This document shows, in pieces, positions 33,525-47,844 of a stretch of DNA of 64,000 nt. How positions within the stretch are numbered: position 1 is the stretch's first letter; the number at the start of each line of letters is the position of its first letter. Below the pieces are notes generated by a model that was not told where the DNA came from, did not search any database, and saw nothing but the letters and a program-made list of their open reading frames with translations. The translations under genes and the position numbers were made by a program. Source of the DNA: an uncultured Verrucomicrobiae bacterium (GTDB lineage Bacteria > Verrucomicrobiota > Verrucomicrobiia > Chthoniobacterales > UBA10450); NCBI GenBank assembly GCA_963801815.1, contig CAWDGJ010000002.1:736001-800000 (forward strand). The letters are read 5' to 3'.

Positions 33525-34700
33525 CTAACGACTTATAAGCTGCTTGCCGGCGCGTTTGGGAAACTCAGAAGCCGTTTGAAAAATCTCGCGACTCTTGTCA
33601 AATTCATGAATTTGGAATTCCTCCACGAGAGCGTAAGCGTGTTTACAATCTTCCGCGGTGGAGAGACTCTCCAGCTTTCGCATATCTTCGAACGAGAAAA
33701 GGCCAATCTCTATGAAGAGTCTAATGAATTGCTTCGAGTATTGTTCAATGTGACGGAGGCTCTCTTCGCCGACCAAATTGGCGAAATTCGATGCGATCAA
33801 GGTGAACAGATAGACGTCTTGGATGAGGTAGCGCATAAATGAATGCGGATGAAAATTGCCACCGTCCAAAGTGACCTTGCCTCGATTCGTGAGTGCCGAG
33901 GCGAACGCAAACGACAAAAAATTCAGAATCTGCACTTGGATCGAAAGGATCACATTTGAGTAGATGCTGTCCTGATGAGACTGAGTGCCGCGAAACTCTC
34001 GGTACTCATCGGTGTCCGGTGTATTCAGAATCATTCTACGATAGCCCCATTGAGTCGCTAAGAGATCGACGATTAACTCAAAGGCTCGCTGTTCTGAATC
34101 ATGAAAAGGCCGAATTTTCTCGGCGAGTTGGCCGACATATGCATGGGCCACTTCATGATTGGCGATGAACTGGGCGCAAAGATCATATCGATTGCTGACA
34201 TCTGGGAGCTTCCAGATCTCGAAAGGAGTCGCGGTCGCTAGGAACCGTATGGCAGATGCTAGGCCTTTATCCCGACAAATCTTCAGCGTCTCCGAGAAAT
34301 CTTTGCCCAGCTTTTGAACTGCTTCTGCAAAAGCCGAAGCGGTTCGTTTAGTTGGAGGGCCGTTGCTAAAAAGAATTTCACCGAATCTGTAGCAGATGGC
34401 GAAGAGCAGAAGCGGCGTAAGCGGCGTCGTGGATATCTTAAATCCCGTAACCCCTCCGTGCGGTGATTCCCAAGTCTCAATTCCCGCGTTAAAACTCCAC
34501 CAAGTTTTGTCATCCATTCCTTGGAGAAACGAAACGAGAATCGACTCCGGCAGCTTTTTAGCGTGCAATGCTTCCGTTGCTATGCAGAGGGTGTTGTAAG
34601 CAAAACGGTCATACGGATAAATTTCGTGTCGCTCCAAGGAGAAGACGCTTGACGGGTACTCAATTACCGAATTGTGAAGCGTGTCGATGGGTTCCTTCAT
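33525..34700 (-). CDS. HExxH metallopeptidase-like protein (Lit/U49- or M48-like)
   Basis: FIANHEVAH, downstream ELIVD and HPHSFMR. Confidence 0.6.
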   Translation of the reverse strand: MKEPIDTLHNSVIEYPSSVFSLERHEIYPYDRFAYNTLCIATEALHAKKLPESILVSFLQGMDDKTWWSFNAGIETWESPHGGVTGFKISTTPLTPLLLFAICYRFGEILFSNGPPTKRTASAFAEAVQKLGKDFSETLKICRDKGLASAIRFLATATPFEIWKLPDVSNRYDLCAQFIANHEVAHAYVGQLAEKIRPFHDSEQRAFELIVDLLATQWGYRRMILNTPDTDEYREFRGTQSHQDSIYSNVILSIQVQILNFLSFAFASALTNRGKVTLDGGNFHPHSFMRYLIQDVYLFTLIASNFANLVGEESLRHIEQYSKQFIRLFIEIGLFSFEDMRKLESLSTAEDCKHAYALVEEFQIHEFDKSREIFQTASEFPKRAGKQLISR

Positions 34701-34713
34701 AGTCGCGCCCGAG

Positions 34714-35268
34714 TTATACGCGAAACAGTTCGGACAACGCCGCATTTCTCGCTTCGTCTTTTTCGAGCGAATCGGTCATACGTTCCAGTTTTCGATATGC
34801 TTCGACATCGCCTTGTGAAATTGCGACATCGGCCAAAGCACTGAGATCATTCCTCTCTTTCAGCCTCGCCAGCTCGCCACGAAGCGATTCGATATCGGCC
34901 GCAGCTTTCTTTGTTTTTTCGGCCATGTCATCGACCTCTTGCGATCTCCGATCGACTTGCGTAGTGACATCGTCGATCTTTGACTGAAAAGATTTGATAT
35001 TCGGCTCGACTGATTTCGCGAGCAGGTGAGAAGCTTCGGTACTCGCCGCCCTTTCGACAGTTTTTTGAACGTTTTCGTTCTTAAATTGATCTGCGACGAG
35101 CGCTTCGAGCTTTTTCTCCAACCTCACTTTGATGCCCCACAAACTTAACCCTGTAACACCGGAGATTAAGGTTATGAGCGCTAGCGTTCCAACCAACAGC
35201 TGATTGCGAATGACTGCTTTGATCTCTTGTTGCTGACCTTTTGTAAAACTCTGGGGGCGTCCCGCCAT
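34714..35268 (-). CDS. Single-TM coiled-coil hypothetical protein
   Basis: TM LLVGTLALITLISGVTGLSLWG followed by a heptad-rich helix; SD AGGAGG. Confidence 0.7.
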   Translation of the reverse strand: MAGRPQSFTKGQQQEIKAVIRNQLLVGTLALITLISGVTGLSLWGIKVRLEKKLEALVADQFKNENVQKTVERAASTEASHLLAKSVEPNIKSFQSKIDDVTTQVDRRSQEVDDMAEKTKKAAADIESLRGELARLKERNDLSALADVAISQGDVEAYRKLERMTDSLEKDEARNAALSELFRV

Positions 35269-35296
35269 ATTTGGATCCTCCTGTTAGATTAAAGCA

Positions 35297-35328
35297 AAAC
35301 AGCCGAGCCCTTGCGAGCTCGGCTGTTT
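35297..35328. terminator. Rho-independent terminator of groEL
   Basis: AAACAGCCGAGC-N8-GCTCGGCTGTTT. Confidence 0.85.
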
Positions 35329-35352
35329 GTTAATTGTTGTTTCGATTTCGAC

Positions 35353-37146
<1,794 letters not shown>

Positions 37147-37162
37147 TTAGCGATCGTTTTCC

Positions 37163-37459
37163 TTATCCGATGATGCCGAGGATGTCGTCCTCGCGCATGA
37201 TCAGAAATTGTTCGCCGTCGATTTTGATTTCGGTGCCGCCGTATTTGGAGATCAGCACCTTGTCACCCTTCTTCACCGTGAAATCGACTTTCTTTCCTTC
37301 GTCGTTCACTTTCCCGGTGCCGAGAGCGACCACTTTGCCTTCCTGCGGTTTTTCTTTCGCAGTGTCGGGAATGATGATCCCGCCTTTTTTCACTTCCTGC
37401 TCTTCCATCGGTTGCACCAGCACCCGATCTCCGAGCGGTCTTACGTTAACGCTTGCCAT
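37163..37459 (-). CDS. groES: Co-chaperonin GroES
   Basis: [23 protein letters not shown]. Confidence 0.99.
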   Translation of the reverse strand: MASVNVRPLGDRVLVQPMEEQEVKKGGIIIPDTAKEKPQEGKVVALGTGKVNDEGKKVDFTVKKGDKVLISKYGGTEIKIDGEQFLIMREDDILGIIG

Positions 37460-37594
37460 AAGTTAGTTTTTTCTTCTTTGGTTTTTGTTTTTGGGTTGAG
37501 CCGGCGACCCCGAAAACCTTCGGAGCCACCGGCAAATTGTTTTCTTTAGTTAATCTTCTTCACGAATTTCGCGTCACTGGTCACACGTCATTCG

Positions 37595-39772
<2,178 letters not shown>

Positions 39773-40029
39773 TCAAGTTGTTCAGTCGCGCCACTGCGGC
39801 GCACGCCCGAAACCCCAAATCCCAAGTTCCAAATCGCAAACAAATTCCAATGGACCAAAATCCAAACGTAGCCGGGATGTTTTGATCTTTAGGGGTTTGG
39901 GCATTTAGATTTTGCCTGGAGCCTGGGGTTTGGGATTTGGAGCTTCCGCCTTGCGGCTTGGGATTTGGAGCCTGGGATTTGGGTACTTCCGTCCCGGCAG
40001 CGGCATAAGCCTCTGCTCGTTGCTCCTCC

Positions 40030-40380
40030 ATGCAAACGACCAACAGCCCAGTCCGAAAGGTTGATTCCGATCCGGATATTTTCTTTCACTGCCAGCACTG
40101 CAAAGCCGCGTTGGTCGCGAATCGATCGGCTGCGGGCTTGAATCTGGCCTGCCAGAAGTGCGGGCAGCAAACGCTGGTGCCGAAACAAGAAGCACCAAAC
40201 TCAACCGCGATCGCCTACGCGGACGAACTTCGCGGGAAGTTGAAGGAAAACGAATCGCAACGCGCCGAAGTTACCGGTTACATCAACCAGCTCACGATCC
40301 AGTTGCATCGCTGGCAATTGCGTTTGCAAACGTTGGACGAACGCAAAGCGCAGCTCGAAAAAGATTTGGGCGGTAAGTAG
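40030..40380 (+). CDS. Zinc-ribbon plus coiled-coil hypothetical protein
   Basis: CQHC .. CQKC ..VP followed by heptad repeats. Confidence 0.7.
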   Translation: MQTTNSPVRKVDSDPDIFFHCQHCKAALVANRSAAGLNLACQKCGQQTLVPKQEAPNSTAIAYADELRGKLKENESQRAEVTGYINQLTIQLHRWQLRLQTLDERKAQLEKDLGGK

Positions 40381-40396
40381 GTGGCCTAAATTCCTT

Positions 40397-40455
40397 TGTA
40401 GGGGAAGCTGCTAGCTTCCCGTTTTGAAAGCGAGACGCTAACAGCGTCTCCTACA
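40397..40455. repeat. REP-like doublet (GTAG family)
   Basis: TGTAGGGGAAGCTGCTAGCTTCCC ... GAGACGCTAACAGCGTCTCCTACA; near-identical to 42081-42140. Confidence 0.85.
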
Positions 40456-40509
40456 GATTATTTGCCAAAAGAATTTGGCGCGCGTCGCGCGCATGCGTAC
40501 CCTTTTCGC

Positions 40510-41313
40510 GTGCGGCAATACCACGACCTTCTCCGACTCGTCTTGGAAGAAGGTCAACCGCGGGACGATCGCACCGGCACAGGGACGTTATCGATCTTCG
40601 GCGCGCAAACCCGATTCGATTTGCGGCCAAACGGTCCGGGATTTCCGCTGCTCACCACCAAGAAGCTGCACATGAAGTCGATCATCTACGAATTGCTTTG
40701 GTTTCTGCGCGGCGACACCAACATCAAATATCTCAACGAACACGGCGTCACGATTTGGGACGAATGGGCCGATGAAAAAGGAAGTCTCGGCCGCGTTTAT
40801 GGCGCGCAATGGCGGGATTGGCACGGCGGCAACGGTGTGCGCGTCGATCAGATCGATAACCTAATCGCGCAGATCAAAAGGAATCCGAACAGCCGCCGAT
40901 TGATTGTGAGCGCATGGAATCCCGCCGAGATCGAAAAGATGGCGTTGCCGCCGTGCCACGTGCTCTTTCAGTTTTATGTGCAAGGCGGTGCACTGAGCTG
41001 CCAGCTCTACCAACGGAGCTGCGATTTATTTCTCGGGGTACCGTTCAACATCGCCAGCTACGCGCTGCTCACGATGATGTTTGCGCAGGTGGTCGATCTT
41101 ACCCCGGGTGATTTCGTCCACACCTTTGGAGATTTGCACCTTTACAACAATCATCTCGAGCAAGCGCGCGAGCAGCTGACCCGCGAATGCCGGCCTTTGC
41201 CGCGAATGAAATTAAATCCCGCGGTGAAAAACATTCAGGAGTTCAAGTTCGAGGACTTCGAGCTCGTCGATTACAACCCGCATCCGTCGATCAAAGCGCC
41301 CATTGCGGTGTAA
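40510..41313 (+). CDS. thyA: Thymidylate synthase
   Basis: DRTGTGT, ALPPCH, YQRSCD, PFNIASY, KAPIAV; GTG start at 40510. Confidence 0.97.
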   Translation: MRQYHDLLRLVLEEGQPRDDRTGTGTLSIFGAQTRFDLRPNGPGFPLLTTKKLHMKSIIYELLWFLRGDTNIKYLNEHGVTIWDEWADEKGSLGRVYGAQWRDWHGGNGVRVDQIDNLIAQIKRNPNSRRLIVSAWNPAEIEKMALPPCHVLFQFYVQGGALSCQLYQRSCDLFLGVPFNIASYALLTMMFAQVVDLTPGDFVHTFGDLHLYNNHLEQAREQLTRECRPLPRMKLNPAVKNIQEFKFEDFELVDYNPHPSIKAPIAV

Positions 41314-41343
41314 GAGGAAAGCACCGATCCCAGGATAGGACTT

Positions 41344-41406
41344 TGTGGAGGCAGGCGTCTCGCCTGCAAAAGTACGAACAAGCAGCCGAGGACGGCCGCC
41401 ACCACA
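41344..41406. repeat. REP-like doublet (GTGG family)
   Basis: TGTGGAGGCAGGCGTCTCGCCTGCA ... GCAGCCGAGGACGGCCGCCACCACA. Confidence 0.8.
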
Positions 41407-41451
41407 GTCGGTTTGCGAGACTTTCACCGTCAAGTTGGGTTGAAAGAAGAT

Positions 41452-42072
41452 GTGAGGGCATGCTGGGGAACACTAATTTTATTTCTAGTCGCGACAGTCG
41501 CTTCCGCGCAGACCGAAAATCCGTCTCGAGTTGAAATCGACCTGAGTCAGCAAACGGCGTATCTGATTCGTGGCCGGCGAATCGTCATGCAATCGCCGAT
41601 TTCGAGCGGACGTTACGGACATCTCACCGAGACCGGCTCGTTCAAAGTGATCGAGAAGGAACGAAACCATTCCTCGAGCATTTACGGCAAAATTGTCGAT
41701 GCGAATGGCCGAACCGTGGTCACCGATGCCGACGTGGACATGAAAGTGCCGACGGGTTGCAGATTCGTTCCGGCGCCCATGCCGTGGTTCATGCGTTTTC
41801 ACGGCGCGGACGGAATGCACGCCGGGTACTTGCCGGGTTATCCGGCGTCACACGGCTGCGTGCGAATGCCGGATCAATTAGCAGTCGCGTTTTACAATGC
41901 GGTAGACGTCGGTACGCCGGTCACAGTCTTCGGGCGAACGCCGCGCACTGGCGAATATTCTCGATTTGGCCCACAGCCGCAACGCGGTTCGTGGCCGTGG
42001 TTCCGGCTGCCGTTCGGTCCGCGATACGAACCTCCGCCTCGAGTTTACGAGTCGCGGCCGATTGACCGATAA
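41452..42072 (+). CDS. L,D-transpeptidase (YkuD family)
   Basis: MHAGYLPGYPASHGCVRM; signal peptide. Confidence 0.9.
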   Translation: MRACWGTLILFLVATVASAQTENPSRVEIDLSQQTAYLIRGRRIVMQSPISSGRYGHLTETGSFKVIEKERNHSSSIYGKIVDANGRTVVTDADVDMKVPTGCRFVPAPMPWFMRFHGADGMHAGYLPGYPASHGCVRMPDQLAVAFYNAVDVGTPVTVFGRTPRTGEYSRFGPQPQRGSWPWFRLPFGPRYEPPPRVYESRPIDR

Positions 42073-42080
42073 CCAATTTT

Positions 42081-42140
42081 CTGTAGGGGAAGCTGCTAGC
42101 TTCCCAACTTGGGCCGAGACGCTAGCAGCGTCTCCTACAG
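42081..42140. repeat. REP-like doublet (GTAG family)
   Basis: CTGTAGGGGAAGCTGCTAGCTTCCC ... GAGACGCTAGCAGCGTCTCCTACAG between convergent genes. Confidence 0.85.
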
Positions 42141-42149
42141 CGGAAGACT

Positions 42150-44372
42150 TTACGGACGTTGCGTTGTCGTCTTCTTTAGCGTCGAGCTGGCTGCCGTCTT
42201 TGGACCTTTGGAAAGGTCGATAAGGTCGCCCAGAATGTTGAGCGTTTCATCGCGTTCGGGATCGATTACCGGTTCCTTCGTTTCGTCCCCCGAACCGATC
42301 GTATCCGAATCGTCAGAATCGTCCGGCGCCGCTTCTGGTGAAACTTTGTTTACGCCGTCCTTTTTCGCCTGCGCCAGCTTACCGGGATACATGATCAGCT
42401 GGAGATTCGGTTTATCGACATTATCGAGGGTGACCCGATAGATGCTCGGTTCTTCTTCATGCCGGGCGAGACGCTCTTTGGCGCGCACATCTTTGCGGGC
42501 CTTATCGTCTTGAAGTTCCTTCCGGCGCGCGTCCTCATTCAAGGTAATGCGATTCTCGTCGAGCTTATGGCGGAGACGTTCCATGTCCTCCATCACGAAA
42601 TGAAATTCCGGATCGCGTTGCACACGCTCGGCCGAACGCTGTTTCAATTCTTCGATGAACAACGGATGGCCCTCCGACCATTTGGTGTAACGCGCTTTGG
42701 GCACTTCGTCGTAAGGCAGCGGATTCTTTAGTGCGCTTTCCCCAAATTCAGGTAAATCGGTCAATGTCGGCAAAGCAATATCGGACGCGACGCCGTGAAG
42801 TTGAGTCGATCCGCCCGCCACGCGATAGAATTTCTGAATGGTGAGTTTCAGCTCGCCGTCATCATCGGACCGGCTGCCAAGCAACGAAGTAAACCGTCCG
42901 ATGGGCAGAATCGTTTGGACGGTGCCTTTGCCGAAAGTGTTTTTGTCACCCACGATGATCGCGCGCCCATAATCCTGAAGCGCCGCGGCGAAAATTTCGC
43001 TGGCCGACGCGCTTTGCCGGCTGGTCAAAACGATCAGGGGCCCGGCATAAGCCACGCCTGGATCGGGATCGCTCGAAACAACGATGTTTCCGTTAGAGCC
43101 TTTGGTTTGCACGATCGGCCCGGACTTCAAAAATAATCCGGTCAGCGAGATCGCTTCCTCGAGCGATCCGCCGCCATTACGACGAAGATCGACCACGAGT
43201 CCCGAAATGTTTTCCTTCTTCAGACGCTTCAGCAACGCGAGCACGTCCCGGGTAGTGCTTTTGGAATGCCGGTCCATGTCGGCGTAGAACGAGGGCAAGG
43301 TAAGCCACCCAAGTTTCACAGGGTCGCCATTTTCGTCCTTCTTAATAATAATGTCAGCGCGCGCTTCCTGGTCTTTGAGCTTAATCTCATCACGCACCAG
43401 GTCGACTGTCTTGCGCTGAGATGGATCAGGGGCGTTCGCCGGAATCGCCAGCAACCGCACTTTGGTTCCTTTCTTGCCGCGAATCAGTTCGACGACTTTG
43501 TCGAGACGCATGTCACGCACATCAACGAACTCGGTCTGCCCTTGCGCGACCGCCGTAATTCGATCGCCGACTTTGAGGCGCCCGTCTGTCTGGGCCGGTC
43601 CGCCGGGAACAAGGCTTTCGATTTTCGCGTAGCCATCTTCGGTCCGCAGCATCGCGCCAATGCCGACCAGCGACAGACCCATTTGAATGTTGAAATTCTT
43701 AAAGTCGGCCTTGCTTAAATATTCCGAGTGCGGGTCGTAGGTCTGGGCCAGGGCATCGAGGTAAAGTTTCACCTGCTCGTCGCGATCTTCCTCATGAACA
43801 TTGCGGTCAATGCGATCGTAGCGACGGGCAATCAGTTGTGGACCGGGTTCAATCGGATGCTCGCTTAACTTTTCCTGGAGCAACTCGCTGGCGATACGGC
43901 CATGCCAAAGCTGGTCCGCGTCGGCCTCGTCCTTCGGCCAGGGCGCTTTTTCCCGACGCACTTCGACAGTGTCGTTCGTTTTGAAATCCATCGGCTGCTT
44001 AAGGAGTTCCTTCACCTTGGCCACTCGATCGTCGACCCGCTTTTGGTAGAGATCGTAGATCTCGTAAGCCGGCTTCAAATTTCCCAGCAACACATCATCG
44101 GCCAAAGCGGTGCCGTATTTCGCCGTCAGGGCGTCGACATCCTTTTGAGTAAAGAAAAGGTGACTGAAATCGAGGAGCTCGAGGTAGTTACGGAGGAACT
44201 TCTGGGAAACATCGGCGTTCAGTGGTTGATGGGTGTAATGACCTTCCTCAAGAAGCCGCCCGACTGAGACGCAAATCTGCTCGGCGTCCGATTTTGCCTG
44301 GACGGCCTGAGGTGTAACGCCGGTGAAAGCGAGTGAAGTGACCGCAAACAGCAGAGAAAGACGTGTTTTCAT
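42150..44372 (-). CDS. prc: Carboxy-terminal processing protease (Prc/Tsp, S41A)
   Basis: YDPHSEY, PDZ GIGA, DLRRNGGG, SASASEI, TFGKGTVQ. Confidence 0.9.
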   Translation of the reverse strand: MKTRLSLLFAVTSLAFTGVTPQAVQAKSDAEQICVSVGRLLEEGHYTHQPLNADVSQKFLRNYLELLDFSHLFFTQKDVDALTAKYGTALADDVLLGNLKPAYEIYDLYQKRVDDRVAKVKELLKQPMDFKTNDTVEVRREKAPWPKDEADADQLWHGRIASELLQEKLSEHPIEPGPQLIARRYDRIDRNVHEEDRDEQVKLYLDALAQTYDPHSEYLSKADFKNFNIQMGLSLVGIGAMLRTEDGYAKIESLVPGGPAQTDGRLKVGDRITAVAQGQTEFVDVRDMRLDKVVELIRGKKGTKVRLLAIPANAPDPSQRKTVDLVRDEIKLKDQEARADIIIKKDENGDPVKLGWLTLPSFYADMDRHSKSTTRDVLALLKRLKKENISGLVVDLRRNGGGSLEEAISLTGLFLKSGPIVQTKGSNGNIVVSSDPDPGVAYAGPLIVLTSRQSASASEIFAAALQDYGRAIIVGDKNTFGKGTVQTILPIGRFTSLLGSRSDDDGELKLTIQKFYRVAGGSTQLHGVASDIALPTLTDLPEFGESALKNPLPYDEVPKARYTKWSEGHPLFIEELKQRSAERVQRDPEFHFVMEDMERLRHKLDENRITLNEDARRKELQDDKARKDVRAKERLARHEEEPSIYRVTLDNVDKPNLQLIMYPGKLAQAKKDGVNKVSPEAAPDDSDDSDTIGSGDETKEPVIDPERDETLNILGDLIDLSKGPKTAASSTLKKTTTQRP

Positions 44373-44568
44373 GAAATCGGCGCGGTCTCCAGGTTCGCAG
44401 AGTTCGTGCCTAAAAGCAACCAATGACCCCTAATCGACATGCAAGCAGTTGAGACAATGATACGCCCAGAACATTCAAAATCTTTCAAGAACCGCGACCT
44501 GAGGTAGTCATCGGTTTATTCCCGAGCCCGGCTAGCTCCGACAAAGCAGCACGTTTAGACTGGGTGGA

Positions 44569-45180
44569 ATGAGATACGAGACTTTCTGTGGCGGGATTTT
44601 CGAAACGAACTGCTACCTCGTCCCCGCGCCAGAGGGATGGATCCTGTTCGACGCGCCGCAAGGGGCGGCTGATTGGGTCGCCTCGCAGAAGGTCGACCTA
44701 AAATTGCTCTTGCTCACCCACGGACATATCGACCACGTCCAGGACGTGGCGGCTGTAAAGCAGCGCTTCGGCTGCCAGCTGGGCTGCCATCCCCTGACTG
44801 CGCCGATGATCTCAGACCCGAATTTCTTCCGGGACTTTGGCTTCGAGTTGGAGATCCAACCCGCAAAGCCTGATTTCTTCGTTGAAGAAACTCCGAGCCA
44901 AAAATTTCTCGGCCTGGAAATGCAGGTGTTCGAAGTCCCGGGTCATTGTCCCGGGAGCCTTTGTTTTTTCTCGCGCCCGGACCAGTTGCTGATCGGTGGA
45001 GATGTTCTTTTCGCAGGCGGAGTGGGTCGGTGGGACCTGCCAGGTGGAGACGCCGATGTCCTGTTCAGCGGAATCCGGGAGAAACTTTTTCCGCTCGGTG
45101 ATGCCGTGACCGTTTTGCCGGGTCACGGACCACCGACGAAAATCGGAACCGAACGCATGACGAATCCGTTCGTCAGCTGA
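44569..45180 (+). CDS. MBL-fold metallo-hydrolase (glyoxalase II-like)
   Basis: THGHIDH, PGHCPGS, GDVLF, PGHG. Confidence 0.92.
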   Translation: MRYETFCGGIFETNCYLVPAPEGWILFDAPQGAADWVASQKVDLKLLLLTHGHIDHVQDVAAVKQRFGCQLGCHPLTAPMISDPNFFRDFGFELEIQPAKPDFFVEETPSQKFLGLEMQVFEVPGHCPGSLCFFSRPDQLLIGGDVLFAGGVGRWDLPGGDADVLFSGIREKLFPLGDAVTVLPGHGPPTKIGTERMTNPFVS

Positions 45181-45212
45181 CCCACTCGGGTCCAAATTTA
45201 ATCCGGGAAAAA

Positions 45213-46184
45213 TTACTGCAGCCCGGCCAGAAGATTTTGGAATGATTCCAGGCCGTCGATCTCACCGACGATCTCGCGGAGCGAATTCAGCGCTTTCGGA
45301 ATGTGCTCAAGGAAATGCTTATGCCCTTTGACCAGACCGAGAAATCCGTAGGCGCCCAAGGCCTGCATTAGCCGCTGCATCGCGCAAAGCCGGAGCGTTT
45401 CCTGGAAGTCGCTGTCCGGCTTTTCCCCACAATAGTGTTCGAGCAATTCATTCCGCTCCGCGTCCGTGAGATCGACATACGGATCGTAGAGCAATGAGGC
45501 CAGATCATATTGGGCCAGCCCCGGCCGCATTCCCTGAAAATCGATCAGATAAGCCTGGCCGTTTCGGATCAAAATGTTTTGCGATTGAAAATCGCGATGG
45601 ACGAGGACGCGCGGCCGCTGGGCCAAGTTCTCTGCGATCTCGTGCAAAACCGGCGCCGCCGAGAGGTTTTCGATTGTCGATTTATCGACTTCGAAATACC
45701 GGCCGAGACAATTTTCGAAAAAGTAACTTTGCTCCCAGAGATAAAGCGGGGCGTTGAACTCAGCCGGCAAATGCTGCTGCATATCGGTGCAAACCGATTC
45801 CGGGAGCTGGTGAAGTTTGCGAGCTTCATCCAAAGCCGATTCATAAAATGCACGCCGAACCAGCCAGGGCTCGGTTCGATAATTAAATAAATCGCTTTCT
45901 CCAAGGTCCTCCAACCAGATCAGGCCTTCGGTCACGTCGTGGTAATAAATTCTCGGCGCGCGGATCTCGTGCGCCTCCAGGAACTGCGCGATTTCAACGT
46001 AATGGCGATTCTCGTCGCGCGAGAGATCGTACTTCACCAGGATCAACGACTGGTCTGACGAACAGCGGACGCGATAAAATTTCCGGTCCGACCCGCCTTT
46101 TTCGATCGGCGTGATTTTTACTTCATCGACTTTGAACCGCGGAAAATGCCGTCGCGTTTGCCGAAGGAGGAGTTCGGTTTTCAT
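45213..46184 (-). CDS. Aminoglycoside-phosphotransferase-fold kinase (AmgK-like)
   Basis: GSDRKFYR, EDLG, VHRDFQSQN, IDFQ, YDLASLL. Confidence 0.8.
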   Translation of the reverse strand: MKTELLLRQTRRHFPRFKVDEVKITPIEKGGSDRKFYRVRCSSDQSLILVKYDLSRDENRHYVEIAQFLEAHEIRAPRIYYHDVTEGLIWLEDLGESDLFNYRTEPWLVRRAFYESALDEARKLHQLPESVCTDMQQHLPAEFNAPLYLWEQSYFFENCLGRYFEVDKSTIENLSAAPVLHEIAENLAQRPRVLVHRDFQSQNILIRNGQAYLIDFQGMRPGLAQYDLASLLYDPYVDLTDAERNELLEHYCGEKPDSDFQETLRLCAMQRLMQALGAYGFLGLVKGHKHFLEHIPKALNSLREIVGEIDGLESFQNLLAGLQ

Positions 46185-46187
46185 GGT

Positions 46188-47132
46188 TTAGACGTCAATG
46201 TTGCGATGAATACCGGTGACGGTTTTTCGGGCGCGGACAATACAACTAAACAGCCCGGCATTGGAAGCAATTTGTGAACCCGGCCACACAATTGTGTCTT
46301 CTAACACTGCGTTCTCACCAACGCGGCAATCCCGGCCGACGACCGAACAACCGCTGAGCCGTGCACTGGGATCGACAACAGCAGTTGGGTGCACCGGCTT
46401 CAACCATTCCCGATCTTTCACGTAATCGGGTCGCCAACCGGCAAGGATCGCTCGATGGACGTCGAAATATTCGGTCCGCGATCCAAGATTGAACCAATTT
46501 CCTTCGTCCAAAACCACACCTCCGATTTTGCCGCCTTGAGAAATCCAGTCCGCCAGAATGGGGATGAAGGATATTTTTTCGCCGGTCGGAATGTGTTGGA
46601 AGACCGATTGATTCCAGACAGCGATGTTCGCAAAGTCGAAATTACCCGGGACATCGCGCCGATTTGAAATGTCGACCACGCGGCCGTCTTGAAAGGCGAT
46701 CGCCGAACCCAACTTCGTTTTCCTCAGCGCGAGCGTGACCTCATTCGCGCGATTGAAGTGTTCGTCAATCAGAGGCCGCAAAGGGACGTCCGTTAAAATA
46801 TCGCCGCTATAAGTAATGAATGGTTCACTGCCAAGCTGGGGCTCGATGTTTTTGATCCCGCCGCCGGTCTCGAGCAGCACCGGTTCGTTCACCAAAGTGA
46901 GATCGACTCCGGCATAACGATTCTCCGGAAATGTTTCCGCGAATTTTTCCGGGAGCCTATGAGTATTGATGAAAAATTTTTGGATGCCGATGTCCATCAG
47001 GTGATCAAGCGCAAAAGTGATGAGCGGCTTTTGAAAAATGGGGATCAGTGGTTTGGGCAATTCGTCGGTCAACGGGCGAAGTCTTGTGCCAAGGCCCGCG
47101 CCAAGGACGAATGCTTGTTTGATCTCGGACAT
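46188..47132 (-). CDS. Sugar-phosphate nucleotidyltransferase (MurU-like)
   Basis: LGAGLGTRLRPLTDELPKPL, LETGGG; adjacent to the AmgK-like kinase. Confidence 0.8.
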   Translation of the reverse strand: MSEIKQAFVLGAGLGTRLRPLTDELPKPLIPIFQKPLITFALDHLMDIGIQKFFINTHRLPEKFAETFPENRYAGVDLTLVNEPVLLETGGGIKNIEPQLGSEPFITYSGDILTDVPLRPLIDEHFNRANEVTLALRKTKLGSAIAFQDGRVVDISNRRDVPGNFDFANIAVWNQSVFQHIPTGEKISFIPILADWISQGGKIGGVVLDEGNWFNLGSRTEYFDVHRAILAGWRPDYVKDREWLKPVHPTAVVDPSARLSGCSVVGRDCRVGENAVLEDTIVWPGSQIASNAGLFSCIVRARKTVTGIHRNIDV

Positions 47133-47149
47133 GGCGTTAAAAATCGAGC

Positions 47150-47647
47150 ATGCCCGAAGAAACCGTATGGCGGGGGAGTGTGTCGCAATGGAAAAACTGC
47201 GGGTTCTTCGCCGTCCAAGCGGTGTTGGCGGCGGCGATCATTGTTATTTTTGCAATGACCCGTCGGAGCGCGCCCGAGATGAGGAACTTCAGTCCGTACA
47301 TTTTAATTTTGCTGGCGGTCCCAATCTTTATCGCTGCGAGGCGTTATCTCCAAACGAAATGCACGATCTACGAGGTCACCAGTGAACGTCTGAAAACGAC
47401 CGAGGGAGTCTTGAGCAAAGTGACCGACACACTCGAGTTCTATCGAATCAAGGATATCGAGAGTCAGCAGCCGTTTCTTTATCGGCTACGTGGAATCGAG
47501 AACGTTCAGCTCAATACCTCGGACGCGTCATCGCCACTGGTAACAATTGAAGCGGTTCCCCGGCGCGCGGGTCTTGCCGACCTGATCCGAAACCAGGTTG
47601 AAACCATTCGACAGCAAAAAGGCGTGCGGGAAGTCGACGTCGAATAA
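47150..47647 (+). CDS. Membrane protein with bacterial PH domain
   Basis: Two TMs, then YEVTSERL..GVLS..LEFYRIKD. Confidence 0.8.
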   Translation: MPEETVWRGSVSQWKNCGFFAVQAVLAAAIIVIFAMTRRSAPEMRNFSPYILILLAVPIFIAARRYLQTKCTIYEVTSERLKTTEGVLSKVTDTLEFYRIKDIESQQPFLYRLRGIENVQLNTSDASSPLVTIEAVPRRAGLADLIRNQVETIRQQKGVREVDVE

Positions 47648-47844
47648 TTGTCGGGCTGAAAAATACCCTTCGAACATCACCATCCGGCGCTCTCGTGACG
47701 CCGTAAATCTTGTCGGGTAAATTAACGTGACATCGAAATCAAAGACGCGGCGTGTCCGATTTTCATGCACATTACCGGCAAGCTCCGGAGCAGACCGTTC
47801 CGGGGTGCGGGTTGAATCGACGCTAAAAGAATAGCGGATTTGGG

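Noticed and set aside
33522..35289. attC-like ends around the post-groEL insert (GCTTATAAGTCGTTAGC minus; GTTAGAT at 35283)
   Set aside because: Core does not fit GTTRRRY, no paired L/R boxes, orientation inconsistent
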